Translations under genes and position numbers: made by a program
NCBI RefSeq assembly: GCF_009834535.1
Contig: NC_045696.1
Span: 33,172,001-33,236,000 of the forward strand
Length of the DNA stretch: 64,000 nt
Direction: 5' to 3'
Source: Camelus ferus
Taxonomy: Eukaryota
Notes under the pieces: model-generated
What the model was told of the DNA's origin: nothing
The model's input: only the letters and a program-made list of their open reading frames with translations
Databases searched by the model: none
Shown here: positions 39,031 through 50,370 of the stretch, in pieces
Position numbering within the stretch: position 1 is the stretch's first letter
Layout: every line of letters starts with the position of its first letter

Positions 39031-41149
39031 AAAGCAAAGCCCAACTGGTAAAAATAGAGTAAAATGGTAGTAGCCAGCGGGTGGGGGGACAGGAGAAATG
39101 TTGTTTAAGGGTACAAATTTGCAAGAAATAGTAAATAAGCCCTATTGAATACACAGTATAGTGACTATAGACAACAATACTGTATTATAATTACCAAGCT
39201 TTCTAAGAAACTAGAACTTAATTATCCTGGCTTTTAAAAAGAAATGATTACTATGTGATATGATAGAGGTGCTAGTTATCACCACAATGGCAATCATATA
39301 CAATATATAAATGTATCAAATTAATATGTTGAACACCTTAAGTTTATACAATATTATGTCATATATATTTCAATAAAAAGGTGTATATTATTCAGTTGAT
39401 ATATTTAACAATTTTGTCTTAAAACACACAATTGAAAAAAATGCCTTCAAGTGTATTCACTGCAGCATGAATGATGGGCATAGTAAAACATTAGCAAAAA
39501 CTTAAATAGCAATTAAATGGAAAATGAATAAATAATTACATATTGAAATATAGAATAACAAAAACCCTCAAAAATGCATAGTACACATATAGACAATTTT
39601 AGTAAGTGAAAAAAATCACCTCACAAAATAAGATTTATAGCATGATCACATAATATAACGTGCACACTCAAATGTATGAGAGTTCATTATTTTATATATA
39701 GGAAAAGATCTAGGAGAATACACAGGAAGCTACATATCCTGTTTTTTCTTTTTGGAGAATTAATTTGGGATGTTAGAGAAGTTTACACTCTTCCATATTT
39801 TTAAAAAAACATATTCAATCAGACTGAAATTAAAAAATAGAATATATGCACAGAGGTCTTCCTTTTGTTAGGGAGAAATTAAAGGTAATAGATTATAATA
39901 CTGATAAACAGAAATTATACAGCACTGTGTATTAATTTTAATGACCATGGCCTAATTTAAAAATTGCTGCCTTTCAGTTTTGCTAAAATGTTTTTTTGTT
40001 GTTGAATATCAATTATTTAATGTTTCCTTTGAGCATATCAGTGTGCTCATTAATAACTAGAAGTATAAAATATCATGGTTTGCATGCTGAAATTCAATTT
40101 TTTGCTGAAGTGTTATGCAACATTTTTGACCAGTTTGCTCTGATAGTTTCAACTGAGCATTTCCTACTTATTATATTTTTACCAGTGGCACTTTTAAAAG
40201 TGCCTTTGAAAACATATTAAAGCATAACACATTTGAGATGTTAACAAGATGCATTTTACATTTTGCATGCTTTTACTTGGGTATCTACCATATATATTTA
40301 GAGCAGTGTTTTTGATATTTTAATGTTGAAAAAGCCTAGTTTTTTTTTCAATTCCAAACCTGTAACAATAAAGAGGAATGACTGGAAGTAATAATTTAGA
40401 ATAGAAAGAAAACATAAAAGACCAAGATCACCGCAGATACAAACTTATTTTAAAGAGGCTTGATAAATATTATTTGTTAATGAGTAACTCAGATTGGGCT
40501 ATGATAATTCTATTATGCTGTATCTGCATTTAAATGTACTAAACAGACCCCAGAAAATTAAAAGCTTGTGAAATTGGTATTCGAATGAAACAAAATGAGA
40601 AGATGAGTGTTTTCTATGTGTTGTTAGAAATGAAGTCTGAAGTCTTGCAATCTTCTTCCCTGGAGGGTTATTGAATGAGAAAAGAGTGATAAGAGAGAAC
40701 TTAGCATGACCCCTGCAGTTAGTTTAAGAAAAAAAAAATCAACTAAGAGTACTTCACATCATCAATCTGTAAAATGTACTGAAGAGACCCAAAATGTCTG
40801 GATATACACAGTAAACACTGAAATGAAGATTGATAAATTTATTTTTTAAGGATTTTTCCTCACCTACTGTATTGATAATTGATGCACTATAAACTACAAA
40901 TTTGGTTATTCAAGCAACAAAATTTATTCAATTGGCTATTCAGCCCAAATCATCGTCAGCCTACTTGTTCCAGCCATTTTCACCTATGGATGCTGATCTC
41001 TCAATCTGTGGAATCAGGTCCTCTCAGTTCCTGAGTAATCACTAACCAAGGCTTTGACAGACTTACATCCAATTGTTACGTCTGGGGCTAGTCTTGCAGC
41101 AGTGAGCAGGGGCTTTTGGTTTGAACTGGGCCAGTAGCTTCTCAAAATA

Positions 41150-42130
41150 AAGAAACAATAGAACAGAATAGAGAGCCCAGAAATAAATGCACACACCTAG
41201 GGTCAGTTAGTCTCAGACAACGAAGGTAAGAATATGCAATGGAGAAAAGACAGTCTGTTCAACAAGTGGTTTGGGGAAAGCTGGACAGCTACAGGTAAAT
41301 CAATGAAATTAGAACATTCCCTCACACCATATAAAAAACAAACTCAAAATGGTTTAAAGACTTAAATGTAAGGCATGACACCATGAAATTCCATGAGGAG
41401 AATACAAGTAAAATACTCTAACATAAATCATAGCAGTATTTTCTTAGATTAGTCTCTCAGGCAAAAAAAAATTCAAAGCAAAAATAAACAAATGGAATCT
41501 AATCAAACTTGAAAGCTTTCATTCAGCAAAGGAAACTATCAAAAAAAATGAAAAGACTACCTATGGAATGGCAGAAAAATAATACAAACAATGCTACTGA
41601 CAGGAGGTTAATATCTAAAATATACAAACAGCTCATACAACTCAGTATCGAAAAAACAAACAGCCCAATCAAAAGCTGGGCAGAAGACCTAAATAGACAT
41701 TTTTCCAAAAATAGATAAATATACAGATGGCCAACAGGTACATAAAAAGATGCTCAACATGGATGGACCTGGAGAATGTTATACTTAGTGAAGTAAGTTA
41801 GAGAAAGACAAAAACTGTATGATATCACCTATATGTGAAATCTAAAAAATAATACAAATGAATCTATATACAAACAGAAATAGACTCACAGACATGGAAA
41901 ACTTACAGTTAGCAGAGGGAAGGACGAGAGTGGGATAAATTAGGAATATGGGATTAACAGATACAAACTACTATACATAAAATAGATCAACAAAAAGCAT
42001 TTATTGTACAGCACAGGGAATTATATTCAGTCTTAAAATAAGCTATAGTGGAATATACTCTTAAAAAATAACTGAATTGTTTTGCTGTACCCCTGAAACA
42101 CAAATATTGAAAATCAACAAAATACAAAAA
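41150..42130 (+). mobile_element. 5'-truncated L1 (late ORF2 and 3'UTR) with an internal deletion
   Basis: aacagaatagagagcccagaaataaat...ggagaaaagacagtctgttcaacaagtgg...gggattaacagatacaaactactatacataaaatagat...tgctgtacccctgaaac. Confidence 0.9.
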
Positions 42131-43600
42131 ATATATACATATCATAATTTAAAACTATTTTAAGTAATGTTTTCATATACAAACTTTGTTTTTCACAAGA
42201 GTATTATTAGTATTTTTTACTTTCTGAACTTCTAAATGCCAGGGTTTTTGATCTGAGTACTGACAAATGTGATAGTCTATCCATTCTTTTTCTTCCTAGC
42301 AGGTGTTGGAATTTGGCTTTTGTAATTCTGGCTTTTGACTTTTGGCTGTCAGTGTCATGCATAGTGACTTATCAATGAGAAACCACAACATCTTCTGTTC
42401 TAACTTTCCAGTGGCAAAATCTGTATCTTCATGAAGCCAAAATGGCCAGGGCACTCAGTAGTGAAGGGGCCGGTATTTGGTAGGGTCCAGGCCCCAGAAC
42501 TGAACTGTGTAAAGACATTACACGATGTATTCAGTAGCAGACAGCAGCAGAGATGAAAAGTTTTATGCAAGCCTTGTCTTGGAGTACACCAGAGGTTAAA
42601 CTCGGGAATCCAAACTCTCCTGTTAATTTTAAGGGCCCAAGAGATGGGAGACATTGAAACAAAGCCAATAATGGGGGTAGAGGAGAAATGATAAGATCAT
42701 TTTTCAGAAAGAATGAGATGCATTGGTTGACCTTTGGATGACTATGTGCAGTTGGGTTATGGTATAAATCAAGGTTATTCTAGCTATTGTAAACCAATGG
42801 GAAGTGTATAGTGGCTCGAACATGATTGACATTATTTCTTGTTCCCCTACTGTTACAAAAAAAAAAGTTATTTTTGCTTTGCAGTCACCTATTTAGTAAT
42901 GATTCAAAGACTGTGGTCTAGCTATGTACGTAGGAAAAAGAAAAAATGGGTATGATAAACTGCTGGCTTGCCTCTATTGTAAACACTTCTGTTTAAAGAC
43001 ATGTGATTGGTGATCGGGGTATTTGGGTTTGAATATTCATGCTGCATCTCTTCTGATTGGTGATGATGTTGGTTATTTCAAATTTGTCATGTCCTATAGC
43101 TGGATTTACTGTGGGCTATATCAGGATCTCTTAAGGATAAGCTAGTTCCCCTATCCCTACTCCCTCCTGGTCTTGAAATTCTTTCTCTTTTATCTGCAGG
43201 TTCCTTGAAGATCACTGAATACTCACTGACAGTGTTTGCTTGAAATATGACTGGCACAGTGTTAGGAAGGCTGGCTTAATAAATATGGTATTATTTACCA
43301 ACCTGTGGCTTGGAGATAATTGTGTATTTCCAATGACCAATAAAAATGCTTTGATAGATTATGCTTAACTGTATAAATGTAAATTAATATTAACATAAAA
43401 TATATGGGACTGTGAGTCTGATAAGTGCTCATCTCCTTTCTCTTATACTTTCTTGTGCTGTCATGCATTCTAGGTTTCTATTGCCTTGTGCTTTGTGAAA
43501 GAATAATTCCCTGCAATGATCTCTTGGGTGAAAGATACAGATGATAGGGACAAAGTGTGAATTTCCACCTAGTCTCTAGGTTGTAAAAATGAACAGAACT

Positions 43601-43749
43601 TTTTTTTTTAATTTAAAAAATTGGGAAGGGGGTAATTAGGTTTATTATGTATGTATGTATGTATTATTTTAATAGAGATACCGGGGATTGAACCCAGGAC
43701 CTCATGCATGCTAAATGTGCACTCTACGACTGAGCTATACCCTCCCCCC
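43601..43749 (-). mobile_element. Camelid tRNA-Ala-derived SINE (Vic-1 type)
   Basis: The minus strand reads gggggagggtatagctcagtcgtagagtgcacatttagcatgcatgaggtcctgggttcaatccccggtatctct, then (TACA)n, aaacctaattacccc and an A tail. A and B boxes present. 15-bp TSD tgaacagaacttttt at 43590-43604 and 43762-43776. Confidence 0.95.
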
Positions 43750-44825
43750 TAATCTTTTTTTTGAACAGAACTTTTTAATACATGGCTTTGCAGGTTGCCC
43801 TAGTATTGCCACAATATCCATGGAACATCACCATGCGATTGGCTAGCAAATGATACCTTGTAGTTTTCTCCATACCATCATTTGCATTATACCTTCTACC
43901 TCCCTCTCCCAGCAATAACCAAGTCCATCAATATTGAGATATTAAAAATGTAGGAGAGAATAACTGAAATATAAAAAATAAAATGTTAAAAAAATAAAAT
44001 ATTTCATTCTTTTTTTCTTCTTTCCTCCCTTTATATCATTTTGAAAACATCCAATTCAGTATATAAAATCAGCCTTTGTTGACTTTGAATGGATTACTCT
44101 CAGCTGACTTCTCCATCTTTAAGTTATGTAAGATTCCAAAATGTGTGGGGTCATACCAAGTTCCCTTTTATCACCCTTACTCGTCTTCTGTAAGTTCAAT
44201 ATCCCCTATGGAAGAAGAAGGGAAAAAAAACCCACAGATTACAGAGAATTTAAGGTTGCATTGCTATTGCTGTGTAAGTAACTGTCCCTTAACTCTGAAT
44301 TTGTGATAAAAGTACTGGAACCCTCTGTTCTCAGGTCTGATTTGTGTAAACATCACCTCTGAATTCACTCACAAGTCAGCACCTGAAGCCTGCCAAGCTA
44401 AAGTAAAGAAAATAACTGCAATCAATTATTGGTGCTGTTACAGCCTAATTTCCTTGCCATCTAAATGCAGATAAATAGAAAATCTAATTTTTATTATATC
44501 TCACCTACCACTTTTAATAAATACTAATGTACATGACTGTGGCTGACCTCCCTCTAGACTTAAAATCAATAGTTGTTGATTAAGGTCTTTTGGGCAGTAG
44601 TACAAAGATGAAGAGTCGCTATTCATTCCCATTGCCTATTCTCTGATCCCTAAATAGGTTAACAGTAGGCCTATTAAGAAAAGTATTGGAGCAAAATCTG
44701 GTCATGTAAGCATACTTGAGCAAGGAAGTGAATTGTGCCTATTATATCTACATGGGCTATGTAGCATTTTTATCACTTGTGATTTCAATTCTACTTTTCA
44801 CTTTTTAAGGACCATAATGGAAGTC

Positions 44826-45328
44826 TTTTTTTCTTTTAACTGAAGTATAGTTGACTTAATGTGTTAATTCTAGGTGTACAGCAAAGTTCAGATATATATA
44901 TCTATATATATATATATAGATAGATATAGATATCTATCTATCTATATATATATATTCACTCATATGTATTTTAGTTTTCAGATTCTTTTCCATTATAAGT
45001 CATTACAAGATATTGAATATAGTTCCCTGTGCTATATGGTAGGTCCCTGTTATTATTTTATATACAGTAGTGTGTATATGTAAATCCCAAATGCCTAATT
45101 TATCCCTCCCATGCTTTTCCCCTTTGGTAACTACAGTTTGTTTTCTATGTAAATCTATTTCTGGTTTTTAAATAAGTCAATTTATATGATTTTTTTTAGC
45201 TTCCACATATAAGTGATATCATAAGATATTTACCTTTCTCTGTCTTACTTCACTTAATATGATCATTTTTAGGTCTATCCACGTTGCTGCAAATGGCATA
45301 ATCTCATTCTTTTTTTATGGCTGAATAG
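44826..45328 (-). mobile_element. L1 3' end (cetartiodactyl-type 3'UTR) containing a TA/GATA microsatellite
   Basis: ttaactgaagtatagttgact...ttcagattcttttccattataag...atattgaatatagttccctgtgctatatggtaggtcc...ttccacatataagtgatatcata...ttgctgcaaatggcat. Confidence 0.92.
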
Positions 45329-45559
45329 GGATAGTCTCATCAGTTTTTTTTTTTTAAACCACATGCAACTCCAGGATAGCAATTTTAAATATTTTTAAAT
45401 TATACAATTTCTTATTGGCTTTTCTTACTGATTTCACTCAAACTCCAAATTCCTCAGAAACACAGAACACAGATTTTTACCATAAGAATACTTCTGACCT
45501 TGAGTTTGCTTACTACTTTATGGTATAAATACTTTGTTTTTAAAAATATTTCCTTACAC

Positions 45560-45900
45560 ATGTTTATTCTTTAAACAGTCACTTGGTGCCAGATATGGTG
45601 TCAAACACTGGAGACTCAAAGATAAGTAGCACACAGTCCCTACCTTTGTAGAAATTATGACACAGGGAATATAGGGAAAACTAAGTAATTGTGCTCAAAT
45701 AGTAAAGAGTGAAAACATATGCTTAGCTGGAGTAGAGGGTATAAAACTGGGAGGTAACACCATAAGTGTAAGATTACAACATGGAAAGTCAAAGCTTTCA
45801 TAAAACTTTGGCATTAAATGTGATCATCTAGAAGCCTGTGTGTCTGTTTGCTGCATAATGTGGGAACCACTTAAGTAGTGGGAGCTACTTAAAATGAAGA
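45560..45900 (-). mobile_element. L2 fragment
   Basis: gtgccagatatggtgtcaaacactggagactcaaagataagtagcacacagtccctaccttt matches the antisense L2 3' end. Confidence 0.6.
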
Positions 45901-46594
45901 CAATTCCACCATAATGAATATGAAGAAAGAAAATTAATCTGAACCCTGAGGGTGCATCTTGGGGTAATTGAAGATTTAGTAAATAAGATGCTAAGTGAGG
46001 AAGTAAAGATTAAGGTAATCAAGAAGAGGGCAAAATTTTGGAAATGCACAAATTCACAGAAGCCTCCTTCCCACTCCTTCCTGAGGAAAGACCAATAGAC
46101 TACACTGAATACTAGAGACCTAACGATCAGGTTCATGGACAGACATCATTATTATTTTCTTCATTGTCTTAATGAAGTTCTAATAGAGAAATTAATATGT
46201 TTCTTCTGTTTGTCCTTCCTTAAGCTGGTGTACCCTTTCAAGAATATCAATATATGTTAGCTATATAACTGAATATAAATAGCTGGGCATGCAAAGATTT
46301 CCATGTATGTTAAATGCCAAATTTAGTTGGCATCTAGGCACAGTGTCAAGGACTTAACTACTCCCCTAATCAAAAATAGGAAATATGGCAGGAATTCTGA
46401 ACAACAAAATGCAGCTGATCCTAGACATAGATGTGTGAAATAAAAAGATAGAGGGAGCTATAATTTCCTATAATAATTATACCAATATAATATATTGTAT
46501 ATAATATTTAATAATAGAATGTATATTATATATAATGATCATATATATGTAAAATAGTAGGTATTATATATACGTGTGTGTGCACGCACACATG

Positions 46595-46873
46595 CAGTCA
46601 TTCCTCGGTATCAGAAGGGAATTGGTTCCAGGACCTGCTATGGATATCAAAATCTGTGGATGCTCAAGTCCCATAGTTGGCCCTCCTTATCTGCAGTTCC
46701 TGCATCCAAGAATTCTACCAACTGTGTTGTATAAAATTTGAGATCCAGGGTTGGTTGAATCCATGGATGTGGAGCTGCCCATATGGAGGGCAACAGTGTG
46801 TTTATTGGGGGGGAAAAACTGCATATAAGCAGACCCATGCAGTTTAAACCCAGTGTTGTTCAAAGGTCAACTG
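46595..46873. mobile_element. Tigger2-derived TcMar MITE (MER2B/MER8/Tigger2a-like)
   Basis: cagtcattcctcggtatc...attggttccaggacc...ggatgctcaagtccc...gcatataagcagacccatgcagtttaaacccagtgttgttcaaaggtcaactg. CAG...CTG termini; TA on the right flank and TG on the left. Confidence 0.88.
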
Positions 46874-48189
46874 TATGTCTGACTGCCTGCCTGACTGCCT
46901 ATCTCCCTCCCTCTCTCTATGGAGAGAGAGTATGTGGCTTCATTAAGCTCGGGGGGGGGGGGGGGCATAAGAAACTTACTACCATGTGTAATGTTTTATG
47001 GGAAAAAAATCTATTCCATATTCTAATGTGTGATTTTCAAAATTTGAAACTTCCTGAACCTAAATTGAATACTGCCTACATTAACTCGTCGAGTTTAGAA
47101 ACCATCTACTGACCCTATGAGATTACCATGTCACGAATTTTCCCTGGGTTTTTAGAGGCTGTTATTCTTCCTGTTCCTACATGTACAGTATTTTGGATCT
47201 CTGGCAAGGTGCCTTCACTTTCCATGGCAGTTTTAAAACTCTGTGGTTTTGCAATATTCTGAAATGGTAAACAACAAATGCAGCAAACATTATTCCCACT
47301 AAGCATGCATATTTCATCAGAAGCATGGGTTGTTTAAAATTTCACAAAAATTCAAAGCCATAATCCAACCTTGAGGTAACAAACTGATTATAAAATAGTT
47401 TTGTACTTAATATGGAATTAGAAACGTTTCTGGTAACCAAGCTAAAATGTGTGGAGTTAAAACAGGCACCTATGAATTACAAAGCTTTGTTGCCATCAAG
47501 AGGTTCCTGCTGACATAAATATGCCTATGTGATTTACAAAAAAAATGCTTTTTATTTTGTAACTGGTAGTTAGGAAATATTTTAATATATTTCAGATGTT
47601 TGTGAAAACTGTGAAATAGGAGTTAAATATCACAACTTGTACACGGGCTTTCTGTTTTCAGTATATACATATTTTAGTACCTAGAGGGCTGACCTCAGTC
47701 ACTTACATCTCTTTAAGGGAAATAATGGGACCTAATAAGAGGTGGTTTTATTCTGTAACTTCAGTTCTTGAGCCATAGTCTTTCGTCTACAAATTTATTT
47801 TCCTCAGGATTGGCCCAAGGCAAAAGTTTTAAGACAAAATTCTGTCTTACTTTGCTTGCCTTCCTCTCCAAACTTCCTTTCATTTGTTACATTCCCTTTC
47901 TTTATTCTCATGGTGGCACTCCAACTTGGTCTATTTTTGTGTGGATAGTGCCCCAACTTCCTATCACAAAACAAAACAAAACAAAACAAAAACAAATGAA
48001 AAAAAATAAGCAAACACAAATGTATTACTTTATTATCTAGACTTTAGTTGGTTATTATGAAAAAAATTCCCTGAAAATAATTCCCAGTAAGGTGTGCATG
48101 ACTTACTATACAACTCTGCATTAACGTTTTAAAGATTATTAAGGACAGTTATTAGAGACAACTTCTAACATATTTGATTTAGGTTGGCA

Positions 48190-49200
48190 AATATTAATAG
48201 AATGCATATTTTGTGAAAGGTACTGTTCTAGGTGATAGAATGTTAAAAAATAAATGGAAAGGAAATGAGGATTGAGGTCTAATATATTACTGTTTTTTAT
48301 GTATTGTTTCATTTTATCTTCAGAGTAAGGTAATATGATACCTATGCTATTTTTCTTTCACAAGCTGAGGTTCACAGTCTTAAGCTATTACCCATGATCA
48401 AATCTGAAAAACTAGAAAAGTATACATTTGAATCCATGTCCATCTACTTCTACAGAACACAATATGACAATTACCACACTTAAGCCAAAGCACAAATGAA
48501 GACTATAGGAACCTGGGGGAAGGGAAGAGAAGATGATCTTAGCTGCCTGGATAGATGAGAAAATATTATCATAATGAAGATGGGATTTGAGACTGGCTTA
48601 AAATACAGGTGAATAAAATTAGCTTAGAAGGTAGGAGTATTATAGTTATAAAATGGAGTTTAATGAAAAATGACTTAATAAAAATGTAGGATGTGATAGG
48701 TAACGAGATAACATTTATTTGGCAGAACCACGGGGTATAAATAGTGAAAAAAATACGAGACTGGAAAACAGAGTTGAATCATATCACAAAGATCCAGGTA
48801 TATAAGATTGAGGGGTTATAGGTAATATAGAAGGCCATGGGAATCTTTAAAGACTTTTAAATAAATATATGAAATTTACTCAGTCTGCATTTTAGACAGT
48901 ATAATATAAATACAGGATATGAATGGATTAAATGGAATTTGGGAGATTAGTCTAGGTAAGAAATAATCAGATTCTAAGCTGTGTAAGGAAAAAGATCAAA
49001 GACATGCATATTGTTGAGGTACAGTTATGCTTGAGAACTGGTTGGTTGTCAGTAAATAAAGATATCAATGTCTCTAGGGTTCAGTATTTGGGTGACTTGG
49101 ATAATGATGATAATACTAATAGAAATTGATGGAAGATGAGCTAATTATGGTGTGATGAGTGATGGTTTATTATTTGAGGTTTCTGGAGAAGAGTCGAAGC
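48190..49200 (-). mobile_element. L2 fragment with a nested MIR (~48270-48480)
   Basis: caaatattaatagaatgcatattttgtgaaaggtactgttctaggtg; MIR-like caagctgaggttcacag...attacccatgatca; L2-like ctcagtctgcattttagacag and tgtctctagggttcagtatttgggtgacttggataatgatga. Confidence 0.6.
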
Positions 49201-49259
49201 CAGATGACTGAAAATGACCACAAAGCTCTGAAGTTCCATCAGGTCATGCAGCAATGCTA

Positions 49260-50370
49260 CATGTTCTATATTTAGCTTACTCCTTCCCTCTAGCCCACAG
49301 TGCCTTACCTACTGATTCAAAGCTTCTGTACTCCATGTCCTCCCTTACTCTCAGCGAATTTTACCTTTTACTTCACTGAAAAGAGAATATCCCCAAAATG
49401 ATAAATTTTGCTTCCAATTCTACAAATTTAGTCGTATTCACATAAATCCTAATTCTTTTTTTTTTTGGATAAACTTTTTTCTCTTTCTTTCAAAGGTCAG
49501 TAATATTTGTATCTCATCCCCTATTAGCTTCCCAGGAACTACCATCATTGACCATCTCTCATTGGCATTATCAGTCTATTCTATTATTTGAGGTTTCCAT
49601 TATCATTACGTATTTAGAATCTCTGATCTTAAGACAGTAGAAACTATGATAAAAACAAAATAATTCCAGTTACTGTCCTCTCCAGACCCTTTCACAGCTC
49701 AGCTGCTGTATTCTTACATTCCATTTATTCTTCAACCCACACCAATCTGAATCTGTTCCCTTTGTAGCAAAAATAGCTACTCATATTAAAGTCTTTATTT
49801 CAGTATTGCAAATTTAAGTAGAAACATTTCTTTCATCACATTATTAGATTTATCAAAAGCATTCAACAAAGGTAACCACCGATCTTCTTAATATTCTCCC
49901 TTTGAATACTTGAAACAATGCTCTCTTGATAATCCTCCCTACATTTAAGATCACCTCTTTACTCTCCTTTTTGAAATTCAGCTCCTCAGAGATTTTCTCA
50001 AGTGGGAGCTCTTTTCTCCATCTTTTTCTCTCCTTTTCTTGCTCTCTCCCTCTTACATCTATTCCTATGACCTCAGATGCATTTTATAAACTGATGGCTT
50101 CCAAATGTGCATCTTCAGACCCTTCCTGAGTGAAGGCTTTATAAGCCCCACTGCCTGCTTCACCTCTCCTCTAAGATGTCTCTCTAGAATCTCAAGTTCA
50201 GAATGTTCAAAGTTAAATATTTTGTCTTTCCCAGACCTCTTTTAATCTTCATCTCAGGAACACACAATACCCTTCCTCCTGCTGATAGAGCTACATACCT
50301 AGGAGCTATCCCCTTACCCACCTACTCCATCTAGTAAAGACCAAGTTAATAGGCCTCCTATCTCATTTCT
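49260..50370 (+). mobile_element. L2 fragment
   Basis: tacttcactgaaaaga...ttcttcaacccacaccaatctga...tttatcaaaagcattcaaca...ctgatggcttccaaatgtgcatcttcag...ctctaagatgtctctctagaatctcaagttcag. Confidence 0.65.

Larger units (their letters stand above)
31601..39376 (+). mobile_element. Near-full-length degenerate LINE-1 (5'UTR, ORF1, ORF2, 3'UTR) containing a nested L1
   Basis: Flanked by a perfect 12-bp TSD gtgtatattatt (31589-31600 and 39381-39392; 16 bp with one mismatch). GC-richer 5'UTR ~31601-32400, ORF1 remnant ~34043-34935, ORF2 remnant from ~35413, terminal AATAAA at 39372. Inserted into an older L1ME-like fragment that continues on both sides. Confidence 0.92.

Noticed and set aside
43170..43300. 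Good polypyrimidine tract plus CAG acceptor at 43199
   Set aside because: All three frames stop within 45 nt and no strong donor follows, so it is probably a pseudo-acceptor.
46951..46965. G15 run and other simple repeats (A/T runs, (AAAAC)n near 47970, (TA)n near 33510)
   Set aside because: Ordinary microsatellites and homopolymers with no evidence of function.
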